Source: Octopus vulgaris (lineage: Eukaryota). Taken from it: 64,000 bases of DNA. The stretch is taken from positions 43,710,001-43,774,000 of the forward strand of contig OX597815.1 of NCBI GenBank assembly GCA_951406725.2, written 5' to 3'. Under the pieces are notes generated by a model. It ran no database searches, had not been told where the DNA came from, and worked only from the letters and a program-made list of their open reading frames with translations. Both the position numbers and the translations under genes were made by a program. Below, piece after piece: positions 42,250-56,129 of this stretch; position 1 is the first letter of the stretch, and each line of letters begins with the position of its first letter.

Positions 42250-42514
42250 GAAATGGAGATCTCCAGGTCCAAATTCTTGGACGGCTGCTGCTGCTGCTGT
42301 TGCTCGTCCCTTATACTAATCTTTTACGTGTTTCGGTAATTAGACTACAGCCTTGCTGAGGTACCGTCTTGAAGGGTTTAGTCGAACAAGTCGAATCGAA
42401 CAAAGCACTTATTTTTAAAATGCAGTACTCATTTTATCTATTCCTTTCGCCGAACCGCTTTGTTACGGGGACGTAAGCAAACAAACACGAGTCATCAAAC
42501 GGTGAACCAGTTGA

Positions 42515-42547
<33 letters not shown>

Positions 42548-43966
42548 CCGACTTCCGCACAGATTCTGTCTACCAAATTCATTCACGAGGTATTTGTCGG
42601 CCCGGAGCTATAGTAGAAGACACTTGCCGAAGGTGCCGCGCAGTGAGACGGAATACAAAATCACGGGATTGCAAAGCGAGTTTTCTATTTTTTAACTACA
42701 CAGCAATGCCTGCATAGGAACTTTTACTGTTTTCGTTGTCATTGTTGTTTTTTGCTGTTTTCTTCTTCTTCTTCTTCTTCTTCTTCTTCTTCTTCTTCTT
42801 CTTCTTCTTCTTCTTCTTCTTCTTCCAATCAGGACTCACGCCCTATTAGTCACAAAGAATAATCTCTAATTCGAGCCTACTCTAAGCTACTAAGAATGCG
42901 TGTGGCGACTTAAAGATCCACCCACCACACGCGAAAGTCTGGTGGTTGCACGGGCGCGAAAGCTACATTGGTTATTCTCATTCCGTAAACGGTGGCTTTT
43001 TAACGGGTGGTACAGAGGATTTGCAATCTAGATTAGGATCTGAAAGTTTACCACACCATAGTGGGTTACACTATGGTTCTTCTGCTTTGTGGCAAAAGTA
43101 GGAAGAAAGCGTGAGAGAAAGTTGTGGTGAAAGAGTACAGCGGGGTTCACCACCCTTCCCCGCCAGAGCCTTGTGGAGCTTAGGTGTTTTTGCTCAATAA
43201 ACACTCACAATGCCCGGTCTGGGAATCGAAACCGCGTTCTTGGCTATTGCGCCTCCACTTTTGCTGTTGTTGTTTAGCTCCCCGAGTTGTCTCTGATCGA
43301 GCAGACTATGATCCAAGACATTCCACACCTCTGCTTTTCCTTTTTCTTTCAACATCATTATCAAGTCATACTATATTTAAGAAATCCAGTATCAGAGAAA
43401 TCCAAACTGTTAAGTTACGTGAAAATACAAAGACACGCGGATTCGACGGGATTTCGCACATTTGTACAACGATATTATATAAGACGATAATGAATCTGTA
43501 ACTTTTTTTTTAACGATGAGAGATATCAGGGAAAATAGCAATTATTTCTAAACAAGTCGAGCAAGATCACGGATATCACAGTGTCCTGTTATCGTCATAT
43601 TAATTTTCGAGCAATCATAAAGGTAGATTTTATCAGAGAGCATTGTATCTAAGTGGCAATTTATAACTGTGTTGATTTATAGACTTGGCTTCCTTCTCAA
43701 AATAGAAAACTGTTCAGCTGTTCAATTAATGAATATATAAGTTGGTTAACAATCACTTGTAAGTGCATTCCATACACCGCATTCCATACAAGTTACGTTC
43801 TTAAAAGACAGTCAGGTCCGTAATTTTGGAAAGTAAAACGTGAAAATGTTATTAGCAGGTCTGTCTGTGTTAGTTATTAGGTGAAATTAATTGTTGTAAA
43901 CATATTTAAATGCGCATACGCACACACACTCAAGTGAATATCGACTCACGCACAGCTAGAAAGAGC

Positions 43967-44008
<42 letters not shown>

Positions 44009-44141
44009 GAGGGAGAGAAGGTGAGAGAGTAAACGTACATATTCATTGAACACGAGGAGAGATCATTTGTACTTTTAGCTTTATACTCGCACAAATCTAT
44101 ATAATCATACATTTATATATACCTATGTAAGCTTATATATG

Positions 44142-44253
<112 letters not shown>

Positions 44254-44269
44254 GTATATATGTAATATA

Positions 44270-44331
<62 letters not shown>

Positions 44332-44681
44332 TGTATGTATGTATGTATGTATATACAATTTAAAAATAGGATAAAATATTTAAAAGAATTTATCAAGTAC
44401 CGTGAAAAAAACCTCAAAAGGGGAAATTTTTTTTATTATTCCCTTTGAATATATTTATTTATATTAAGGGCATACATTAAGGGCATACATAAATGCCTCA
44501 CGTTACGAGAGACTCTTAACATCAAAACTACTATAATAAACACAATGTACCAAACGCGAGGGAATGCAACTCTCGAAGCGAGCTCATTAAAAAGTAATGC
44601 CCGTAATATAAATAAATATATATGTATATATGTATGTATGTATGTATATAAGTATGTATATATATATATATATATATATAT

Positions 44682-45085
44682 AGGCGCAGGAGTGGCTGTG
44701 TGGTAAGTAGCTTGCTTACCAACCACATGGTGCCGGGTTCAGTCCCACTGCGTGGCATCTTGGGCAAGTGTCTTCTGCTATAGCCCCGGGCCGACCAATG
44801 CCTTGTGAGTGGATTTGGTAGACGGAAACTGAAAGAAGCCTGTCGTATATATGTATATATGTGTATGTGTGTGTGTTTGTGTGTCTGTGTCTGTCCCCCT
44901 AGCATTGCTTGACAACCGATGCTGGTGTGTTTGCGTCCCCGTCACTTAGCGGTTCGGCAAAAGAGACCGATAGAATAAGTACTGGGCTTCCAAAGAATAA
45001 GTCCCGGGGTCGATTTGCTCGACTGAAGGCGGTGCTCCAGCATGGCCGCAGTCAAATGACTGAAACAAGTAAAAGAGTAAAAGAG
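44682..45085 (+). mobile_element. SINE family B, full-length reference copy
   Basis: A box tggctgtgtgg, B box ggttcagtccc, CORE-like cttgggcaagtgtctt, internal TA/TG microsatellite, tail (agtaaaag)n; about 20 copies or fragments in the window. Confidence 0.92.
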
Positions 45086-45845
45086 AGAGTGTATATATAT
45101 ATATATATATATATATATTGTGTTATATATTGTGGTTTCGATTCCTGGACTGGGCTATGCGTTGTTTTCTTGCGCAAAACACTTCATTTCACGTTGCTCC
45201 GGTCCACTCAGCTGGCGAAAATGAGTAATCCTACGACGGATCGGCGTTCCGTCCTGGTTGGAAATTTGTACGTCATGGAAACTGGGGAAACTGGTCTTAT
45301 TACTCGGGAAGGAACTTTACTGCATATAATAATACTTAGTCATTTCACACTGATTTGGAACAATAATTGAGTTCACATAAAATTAGAACGACTAATTAAG
45401 CATTTATCCATTTAATGTGTAATATCTAATATGGTTCTTATTGCTGTTGCTGGTAGCAGTGGTTTAGCAACAGCTACATGGTATATATTATTGCTGTCAC
45501 TATAGAAAAATATATTGTGGTTGGCCTTAAGCAATATTCGAGACATAGGAAACCGTTCGGATAGGGTTACATTTATGTAGGAACAACATATGCAGTATAC
45601 ATTACAAATTATTATAATTTGTAACTACAAAAGTTCGTAAAGTAAAATTATGTATATATATATATGAAGTGAGAGAGGGGGAAAGCGCAGGTGTGAGTGT
45701 ATGGTAAGAAGTTTACTTCCTACCTACATCGTTCCGGGTTCAGTCCCACTGCGTGGCACATTGGGCAAGTGACTTCTACTATAGCCTTCGGCCGACCAAA
45801 GCCCTGTAAGTGGATATGGTAGAAGGAAACAGAAAGAATCCCGAC

Positions 45846-45892
<47 letters not shown>

Positions 45893-45930
45893 CATACATA
45901 TGTGTGTGTATATATAAATATATATATATA

Positions 45931-46172
45931 TATGGCTTATAGGTTAAATGAGGCATGCTTGCCCTTATTGCCGAAACAGCTGTCAGATATGATATAATTA
46001 CATATTATATTTTATATTTTATATTTCTATTTCCTTGTCTAATTATATTTACAATATATTTTGTATAATGCCTTTACTGTTATGTAATGGTGTAATAAAG
46101 TATTGTTTGGGTATCATCTGATGGTTGATGTTTGATTGATTTAAGTATGTTTCTCCATTTTCTAATTTTGTA
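45931..46172 (+). mobile_element. 5'-truncated copy of the hammerhead-bearing repeat at 57693-58024
   Basis: About 240 bp closely matching 57783-58024; keeps only the 3' half of the HHR (gccgaaacagctgtcaga); flanked by (TA)n. Confidence 0.8.
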
Positions 46173-46481
46173 GTATTATATATATATATATATATATCTG
46201 TGTGTGCGCGCGCGTGTATAATAATAATATGAGGGAATATTATTCCAAACTTACAGGGAAAAATTCAATTTAGAAATATTAAATCAAATTTCACAAAATA
46301 TAATACATATATATAAATTAGAAAAAAAAAACACCTTTTATCAATTCAATAATGAAGAATTAAATTATACCATTTAGAAAAATTATATATTATAGAAAGA
46401 TTAAATATAAGATAATGTGCAAAATATATTAAATATAAGTAATGTGCAAAATAATAAATAAAACATATATATTTGGTAGAA

Positions 46482-46585
46482 TAACGACACGTGTTTCGTG
46501 GCTATATTTAAGAAGTGATAATAGTAAAAATAATAGTAGTAGTAGTAAAATCACTTCAATATAAATATAGCCACTCTTCAGGTTA
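46482..46585 (-). ncRNA. Type I hammerhead ribozyme with canonical core and long stem II
   Basis: Minus strand uaac-CUGAAGA-guggcuauauuua...uaaauauagccac-GAA-ACACGUGU-C-guua; 13-bp perfect stem II base plus inner gaagugau/aucacuuc; GUC site, cut between 46486 and 46485. Confidence 0.85.
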
Positions 46586-46860
46586 AAGATAATAACAATA
46601 ATAAAATAATTAATTAGATAAATTAATAAATATACGTAAATAATCTTGTAAAATACGAAATATCTTAACAAATATATTCTTGATTAAGCCCTCGTAACCT
46701 AGCGGTTCGGCAAAAGAGACCGATGGAATGATATTATTTTAAAAATAAGTACTAGGATTGACAAAAATTCTTCAAGGCGTTGCCATAGCATGGCCGAAGT
46801 CTAATGACTGGAAAAAGCAAAAGATTAAAGATCTGTGTGTGTGTAATACAAATATGTATA

Positions 46861-46965
<105 letters not shown>

Positions 46966-49789
46966 TTGGCTTAATTATATAAATCATAATAATTTGGTGT
47001 TAAAACTCAATATAGATATACATCAAGAAAAGGCGTCACTCGAGTACAGAACAGTAATAAGAAATTAAACAAATGACAAGGGGATACGAAATTATATGCA
47101 ATTCACTCGTAATCGAGTGCTTGTGTATCACGTTCTAACTTCATCGGAGCTTTAGAATGTTTTCAAAATACTTGTTTGTATACTAAGTTGTATACTAAGC
47201 AACCATAACAAAATCAGAGGATATTGGAATGAATTATTTCGGTGTAACTTAAAAAAAAAAGAGTTTCTTTTAATATCTACTGTCATTTCAGGCCAAGGAT
47301 CAGGGAAAATTTCACATCTTTCGTTTTCTTACAATTTGTCTCAAAACTCAGGAACCAGTGACTCCTTATGTCCTCCAATAACATGGAATATTGCCAACAG
47401 AAAAAAACAGAACCTTTCCATAAATACACGGAATTATTGTTGTCATTGCCCAATCAGAAAAGGTCATGCATACGTGACCTATCCATATTTACAACAGCCT
47501 GCGATATCTCTTAATCGGAGGTCATGAAACCTTTCCAGCCTTCGATGAGTTACAACACAAATATCGTTTTCAACCTGTTTCCACCAGTTATGCGGAATAA
47601 TTGTTTTTCATTGTGATAAACTTGAGTTGATTTGCCACTCTCTTTCTACACTATAGAGGCTTAAACAAGAGGAATTCTGCCATCTGTAACTCTGCAAGGA
47701 ATGAAATCAACATTATAATTTGTCTTTGGTTACCCAAAATTATAAACGCTATCCACTTATTTTCTGACTGATCACTTTGCGTGCATGGGTGAAACTGTCA
47801 GTAAAAAAATTCCGATAAATAAACTCAGTTTCATCTATCAAGTTGTTTTCTTTCGCTATCATACACAACACATACATATATACGCACAAAGACACACACA
47901 CACACATAAAAGAGACAGATTGCCGACATTCCATATTGCCTATCCAATTGCAATCGCTTAATGCATGTATATGGTTGTGTTTAAACATATACGAGCATAT
48001 ACATATGTTAAATATAGATGCCTTTACTGTATATGTTCATGCAAGTATATATGTATGAGAGTATCTAATGTATTCATGTAGTAGATATCTGTAGATTTAT
48101 CTGGGTTTCTGTGTGTGCAGGAAGCTACAATGAGGCCAAAAAATATCAACCCCGTTCGAATTCGTGTGCATTGCTGACATTTTTAGATGGTTATCTCTAT
48201 TTGCGTCATTATGACAAGAGTTGCAGATATATATAATGTCCTGAGTAGTAACCGAATACAGTGTGTTGGTGTCAAATAAAGATGAGAACGTTACTGAAAG
48301 TTTGTCATTTAATTTTTCAACTGAAACTATCTGAAAAAGAAATGCAGTTTTGGAGGTGGCAAGTTACTTGGATTAATGTCATTTCTGGAAAATGAAACAA
48401 TTTCATCATGACAGTTATTTTAAAAATGCATATAACTTCTAGTTCATCTTTTTACTTTGTAACATAAGTTTTTTAAAGGCGGTGAGCAGGCAAAATCGTT
48501 ACAGCGCCGGGTAATGTTCTTAGCAGCATTTCGTCCGTCTTTACGTTCTGAATTCAAATTCTGCCGAGGTCGACTTTGTCTTTTAGCCTTTCGGAGGTGA
48601 TAATGGTGTGAGTGTGTGTGGGGGGTGTAAAATAAGTGCCAGTTGAAAACTGGAGTCGGTGTAAATGACTTAGGCCCTTCCTCGAAATTACTAACCTTGT
48701 GCTAAAATTTTAAACTAATATAGTAATATATTTTTCTTTATCTTTTATTCGGGAGACAATGTGGTACCCATGACCCTTTACAGGGCCACCGAGTGGTGAA
48801 AAGAAGGTTTCCTCAAGCAAAAGACCTTGTCCGAATGCTTGCAGCAGAGAGGTTCGCAAAACGCACCGAAGGTTCCAGCTAGTGGTATTAAACCTGGCTA
48901 CGGATTAGGTCTACCTCCAGAAATGTGTTATTACGCCTCAAAATATTTCCCTCTATATCTACATATATTCCACTCTATATTTTTGTAATTAGCAGAACAT
49001 CAATTTTCTCCTGTAAACTGGCCCAGTTAATGAACATTTATCAAGTGAAATCTTTCAGCGTAGAGCAGTTACAGTTTTAAAAATATTTTCTTTGAATGTC
49101 AATGATTTAAAATAATATTTATTTTTGCATATAAATAAAACCGCACCTAGTTTCTGACAGCTACGATCTCGTAGTCTCGCTATTTTGTTAGTTTAAAGAT
49201 AGTCGCAAGTGTTGGCCAACAGAATCGATAACTTGGCATACCATACAAAAAAGTATGTTAAATCTATTTTTCACTTCAAAGAAGTCTCTAGTTTGGTACC
49301 TATATATAAACATAGACTGCGACACAAATCCGGTTGAAAATGTTCTTTTTCAAAAGTATTACGGCATGTTCCGGTGGCCGAATATATCCATGTTCTTCTG
49401 GGCTGGGAATTTCGGCTGATCTAGAATACAATAGGCATTTAATTTTACATGCCTAAAAATTCATCCCTAACCACGAAATAAAAATTTCATTTCCCACAAT
49501 CACAGATCCTCCATGTATGTCTTAGCAACTGAATATTCAGGTGCCAACGTAAGTAATGCAAATATTTTGTACGTAAATATTTGTTTAACGTAACTTTTTA
49601 TAAAAATAGAGGAACATATTTTTCCTGCTATCACAATGCGTTGGAAAACAAAAATAATATATACACCTCTGAGCTCGGTTTTTAGATCCACAAATATACC
49701 TAGCAACTATCAGTCCTTGTTCTGTCACAAGTTGATTTCATTCTATCTTGTTTTTGGTTCTGCTGATATATATATATATCGTTATCATT

Positions 49790-49993
49790 TATCTTTTACA
49801 TGTCTCACTCATTTGACTGCGGCCATGAAAGGGCACCACCTTGGAGGGTTTTAGTCGAACAAATAGACCCCAGGACTATGTTTTTAAAGCCTAGTACTTA
49901 TTCTATCGGTCTCTTTTCTCGAGCCGGTAAGTTATGGCGACGTAAACACACCAGCACCGGTTATCACATGGTAGTGGGGGACAAACACAGATA

Positions 49994-50078
<85 letters not shown>

Positions 50079-50697
50079 GACAGGCTTTTTTCAGTTTTGA
50101 CCTACCATATCCATTCACAAGACTATAGTCAGCCCGAGACTACAGTAGGAGACACTAGCCTGAGTTGCCACGCAATGGGACTGAACCGAGAGCTATGTGG
50201 TTGAGAAACAAGCTTTTTACCACACAGCCACGCCTGCGCCTATATTTATTAACAAAGTATTCCAAATGCAATAAGGATCACTATTGTGGTTGTAAGGAAG
50301 ACTCAGAGTAATTCCGCTGAGGTCAGCTTTGCCTTTCTCATTTTCGGGGTCGATGAAATAAATACCAGTTTATCACTTGGGTCGATGAAATCGTCGTAAT
50401 CCCTCCTCCACACTTGCTGGCCTTGTGCCAAAATTTGAAACAAATTATATACTCCTTTACTCCTTACTCCTTTACTCCTTTACTTGTTTCAGTCATTTGA
50501 CTGCGGCCATGCTGGAGCACCACCTTTAGTCGAGCAACTCGACCCCGGGATTTATTCTTTTTGTAAGCCCAGTACTTATTCTATCGGTCTCTTTTAGCCG
50601 AACCGCTAAGTGACGGGGACGTAAACACACCAGCATCGGTTGTCAAGCAATGCTAGGGGAACAAACACAGACACACAAACACACACACATACATACA

Positions 50698-50732
<35 letters not shown>

Positions 50733-51526
50733 GACAGGCTTCTTTCAGTTTCCGTCTACCAAATCCACTCACAAGGCATTGGTCGGCCCGGGGCTATAGC
50801 AGAAGACACTTGCCCAAGATGCCACGCAGTGGGACGGAACCATATGGCTGGTTAGCAAGCTACTTACCACACAGCCACTCCTGCGCCTATAATGTAAATT
50901 CAATTTGATTTACTAAATTTGTCTGTGGTTATTTCTTCACATTCTGTTTGCTGACTAGAAGCCTCTAACCTGTGTTGCACATTCTGTTAAGGAATGCATG
51001 TATGTCACAAATTCCAGTTCCAGCTCATGAAATAAATTATGCGAACACAAAGAACGAAGAAATTATCTCCGACTGATTTATAACTGATATTAATAATAGT
51101 AATAATAACCAAGGAGTGGCTGTGTGGTAAGTGGCTTGCTTATCAACTACATGGTTCCGGATTCAGTCCCACTGCGTGGCACCTTGGGCAAATGTCTTCT
51201 ACTATAGCCTCAGGCCGACCAACGCATTGTGAATGGATTTGGTAGACGGAACCTGAAAGAAGCGCGTCGTGTATATGTATATATATATGTGTGTGTGTGT
51301 GTGTTTGTGTGTCTGTGTTTGTCCCCCAACATCGCTTGACAACCGATGCTGGTGTGTTTGCGTCCCTGTAACTTAGCGGTTCAGCAAAAAAAAGCCGATA
51401 GAATAAGTACTATGATTGCAAAGAATAAGTCCTGGGATCGGTTTCTTCGACTAAAGGCGGTGCTCCAGCATGGCCGCAGTCAGATGGCTGAAACAAGTAA
51501 AGAGTAAGAGTATATATATATATACG

Positions 51527-51561
<35 letters not shown>

Positions 51562-52162
51562 TTGTCCCCCAACATCGCTTGACAACCGATACTGGTGTGT
51601 TTACGATCCCAGTAACTTAGCGGTTCCGCAAAAGATACCGATAGAATAAGTACTAGTCTTACAAAGAATAAGTCCTGGGGTCGATTTGCTCGTCTAAAAG
51701 CGGTGCTCCAGTATGGCCGCTGTCAAATGACTGAAACAAGTAAAAGTTTAAAAGAAAAATATCCCGAACCAAACTGGACGTAGATAACAACAGAAATCAC
51801 TTAAGTAAATTGGAAGCCATCTGGTGTTGATAAAATGCCAAATGTCTGTTTGAAGTGGGCGTAAACAAAGGCTTACAAAGAAATGCCCAGTGAGACGGAA
51901 ATAAGTTCGAAACTATTCATTAATTTTACTATACAAACTGTATATTTCCAATAAATAGTTTAATGACAACTAAAACAAGAACAAACAATGTATATATATA
52001 ACAATTGCAGCGGGGAAGGTGTTTATAAGCCATTTGAGAAACACACAAAAACCGTTAGATTCACTTCAACATTTAAATTTAATTTGTCAAAATATTTTCG
52101 TCGCTTTGAGACCGTGACCTGTTCACTGACAAAGCTTCAAGTACATCTCCGTAATATATATA

Positions 52163-52210
<48 letters not shown>

Positions 52211-52427
52211 CATACTCTTTTACTTGTTTCAGTCATTTGACTGCGGCCATGCTGGAGCACCGCCTTTAGTCGAACAAAGCGACCCCGGGACTTATTCTTT
52301 GTAAGCCTAGTACTTATTCTATCAGTCTCTTTTGCTGAACCGCTAAGTGACGGGGACGTAAACACACCAGCATCGGTTGTCAAGCAATGCTAGAGGGACA
52401 AACACAGACACTCAAACATATACACAC

Positions 52428-52460
<33 letters not shown>

Positions 52461-52624
52461 CATACATATATACGACATTTCGCTTTCAGTTTCCGTCTAC
52501 CAAATCCACTCACAAGGCTTTGGTCGGCCCGATGCTATAGCAGAAGACACTTGCCCAAGATGCCACGCAGTGGGACTGAACCCGGAACCATGTGGTTGGT
52601 TAGCAAGCTACTTACCACACAGCC

Positions 52625-52655
<31 letters not shown>

Positions 52656-53097
52656 TGTATGTATGTATGTATGTATGTATGCATGTATTACATGCTTGAC
52701 TGCGGCTGTACTGGAGCACCGCCTTGAAGGATTTTAGTCGAGCAAGCCGATCCCGGGATTCATTTTTTAAAAGCCTAGTACTTATTCTATCGGTCGTTTT
52801 TGCTGAGCAGCTAAGTTACAGGGACGTAAAGACACCAACAACAGTTGTCAAGCGGAGGAGGGGAACAAATACTGATATAATCACACACACACACATATAT
52901 ACACCCGATAGGCTTCTTTCAGTTTCCGTGTACCGAATCCACTCACAAGGATTTAGTCGGCGCGTAGCTATAGTAGAATAAACTTGCTCAAGGTGCCACG
53001 CAGAGAGACTGGACCAAGACCCATGTGGTTGGGAGGCAAGATTCTTATCACACAGCCACACCTGCGCCTATACATACATACATACATACATACATAC

Positions 53098-53135
<38 letters not shown>

Positions 53136-53177
53136 AGTTTCAGCTCAGAGCTGTGTCCATGCTGGTGTACTGCCGTT

Positions 53178-53208
<31 letters not shown>

Positions 53209-53655
53209 CTTTTATCATTTGCCTTTTACTTATGTCAGTCATTCGACTGCGGCCATACTGGGGCACCGCCTTGAAGAATTTTTAGTCGAATGGATTGACT
53301 CCTGTACTTTTTATATTTTTAAAATCCTGGTACTTATTCTATCGCTCTTTTTAGTCCAACCGCTTATTTAGGGCAATATAGACACACGAACAACAGTTAT
53401 CAAGTGGTGATAAAATATAAACACAGACTCAAACACACACACACACACACACACACACTACATGGTTCCTGATTCAGTCCCACTGCGTTGTACCTTGGGC
53501 AAGTGTCTTCTACTATAGCTTCGGGCCGACTAAAGCCTTGTGAGTGGATTTGGTAGACAGAAACTGAAAGAAGCGTGTCGTGTATATGTATATATATATA
53601 TATGTGCGTCTATATGTTTGTGTGTCTGTGTTTGTCCCCTAACATCGCTTGACAA
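49790..53655. mobile_element. Dense cluster of about eight family B SINE copies in both orientations
   Basis: Copies at about 49790-50241 (-), 50451-50888 (-), 51111-51510 (+), 51540-51755 (+), 52214-52625 (-), 52696-53069 (-), 53225-53430 (-) and 53460-53655 (+). Confidence 0.85.
52083..52133 (-). ncRNA. Hammerhead-like motif with G3-C8 core, copy 2
   Basis: Minus strand uuuguca-GUGAACA-g-gucac ggucucaaa gcgac-GAA-AAUAUU-U-ugacaaa; palindromic stem III intact, one mismatch in stem II. Confidence 0.65.
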
Positions 53656-54711
53656 CTGAATATTCAGGTGTCAACATAAGTAATGCAAATATTATTTTGT
53701 ACATAAATATTTGTAACTTGTTATAACTGATATTTGTTTTAAGTAACTTGTTATAAGTGATAAACTGGTACTTATTTCATCGACCCCGAAATGGAGAAAG
53801 GTGGAATTTGAACTAAGAATGTAAAGACGGGCGAAATGCCGCTAAACATTTTGGCTGACATGCTAACGATTCTGCCAGCTCACCGCCTTATATCAGTATA
53901 TTATTGCTAAATATTTTATTCAACCCAAGTATTGAACCTAAATATTTTTTTTAAACTAAAGTTCATCCCACCATGATTTCAATACTGATTAGTGAAGCAC
54001 CGAACCAATTACTTAAATATGTACTCCATATATGCAAACCCTGTGAGTATAAGCCGCAAACTCCGAAAGCATTAACCGCAAACCCTGAGAATATAAGACT
54101 GCCATCTGACTGCACAGATAAACAGCAGCTGTTTGCTCTTCTCATTCAATACAATTCGTTTGATAGTGAAACATTTTAACAGATAATGTCTAGAAATTAT
54201 CAAATGCAAAGCATATATGTGTGTGTGTGTGTATGTGTGTGTGTGTGTATGTGTGTGTGTGTACTTATTTTACGAAAGAGATAGATAAAAGAAATTGACA
54301 TACATATGAGACAGGAGGAATAATCTCACACAAAAATATATTTACAAATATTCACAACTGTAAATACAGAGATAAAACACAGCGACCGAAATTACAACCA
54401 CGACAACAAACACACACAGCTACATGTACAAGGGCCCGGAAACAGGGGATGCAGGTGGTGCGCTTGCACACCCTAAATTCTTTCGAGGGTTGGGCTGAAA
54501 AATAAAATTTTACACCCTTTACATACCTTTACCAGGTTTAGAAAATAGTGTCTAAAAATTGATCTGTAAAAAGTTGCTTAAAGTTAGGTTTCATCTCAAT
54601 ACAAGAACAAAGGACAAAAATGAATAAATAAAAAAGTTCGAAATATTTATTGATGAAGATGATCATAAAATTCCCAAGGGAATTCCCTAGAAAGATATAT
54701 TACTGAACTAA

Positions 54712-55290
54712 TGCATCGTCAACATCAGAAGCATAATGCTACGTATGCGAGGCCAACCTGTTGTCACCCACTTCAACACTGCGAATCATTCTATTGCAGA
54801 TTTATCAGTGTGTGGTATGGCTTTGCATCACGGACCCCATTTATCTAGGAAACGAAAGGAGCAACGTCTCATATTTGATCTTGGCACTATGTCCTCAACT
54901 GGTATGAATGAACGTTTTTCCTTTCATCCTTTCACCTTTTCTTAGTTCATTTTTACCCTTTTTTATCCTCTTTCCACACTCTCTCTGCAACATTCCAGTA
55001 TTTACTTACCTCAACTCTCATCATTATCCTTTTCCTTCTCCTTTCTGCGTGCCGTCTCTTATAACTTCTGTTTCATGTTAGCAGCCCGTTTTATTCTGCG
55101 TCCATTATCAGTTGCAGCCAGTTTTCCAAGTTGAGAGGATGTAAACTCTGTTTGACTTTTTCTCTTTATCTTCTCCTTTTCTCTGCCCCCTGGCGAAGGA
55201 TTGAATCCGAAACGTTGGATACTCCACTCCTCACAAGTTCACTGTACTCCTCACAACAAGTTCACTGTACTCCTTTCACTCGTCAATACT
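54712..55290 (+). mobile_element. 3' end of a second Penelope-like element (GIY-YIG C-terminus, pyrimidine-rich UTR, hammerhead)
   Basis: ORF 54736-54945 QPVVTHFN..NHSIADLSVCG..RKRKEQRLIFDLGT...GMNERFSF resembles PLE endonuclease C-termini; HHR follows at 55186-55220. Confidence 0.8.
55186..55220 (+). ncRNA. Minimal hammerhead motif (A6G) in a PLE 3' region
   Basis: cc-CUGGCGA-a-ggau uga aucc-GAA-ACGU-U-gg. Confidence 0.6.
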
Positions 55291-55796
55291 GGCACAATTG
55301 ATGCCCTTTAAACCCCACAATCAACAACCCTTCACAGTCGAGCTATCCACATTCCTCATTTTCTCTGAATACTACAACTGACCCATCATCATATTCTGCT
55401 GCTAGTACCCTTACGTCAATAAAACGACATGATTTGTAGCCATAGCCACTCCTCAATACTGTTCAACAACACAGTCCCTAGCTCTTCACAATCAGGCTGT
55501 TCTCTAAGGATTAGACAAGAGATCCATTATCGCTTACTCTACTACTACTATTACAACCTAGACCACTACTACTACTACTTTAATTAGTGAAGAATCACGC
55601 CTTTCTCCCCCCACACTGTCCACCTCAATCTGAATGTATACCTCACAGCTCCATTATGAATCTGCCAACAAGCAAAATCTATGATCACCTGAATCCCAAA
55701 ATATGCCGGTGTGTGTGTGTGTGTGTAATATTTGAAAACAAACCCGAAGGCTTTGTACGTTAGGGAGATAGAGCGACTATGGAAATCTTTTAGTAC

Positions 55797-55936
<140 letters not shown>

Positions 55937-56129
55937 ACTCCAATTCATAGCGACATTTCTTATATTTACGATTGACTGAGAAATTATGAGCTAACCCAGA
56001 CCAGAATCGAACTCACATATCAACGCTAACATGGTTCCATGCGCATCCGATTGGCTCTGACCGGGTAGAGTATTATTTGCTCAATAAATAACAAGTTGGT
56101 GTGGTTGAGCAGGGACGTTGTTGGCTTTT

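Noticed and set aside
42880-43075. Hairpin gcgtgtgg/ccacacgc followed by gaaag
   Set aside because: No HHR core or stem III; more likely a LINE 5' UTR fragment
47292-47527. Acceptor-like tttcag followed by a 78-codon open frame
   Set aside because: No recognisable homology, and the phase does not match the candidate exon at 41858-41961
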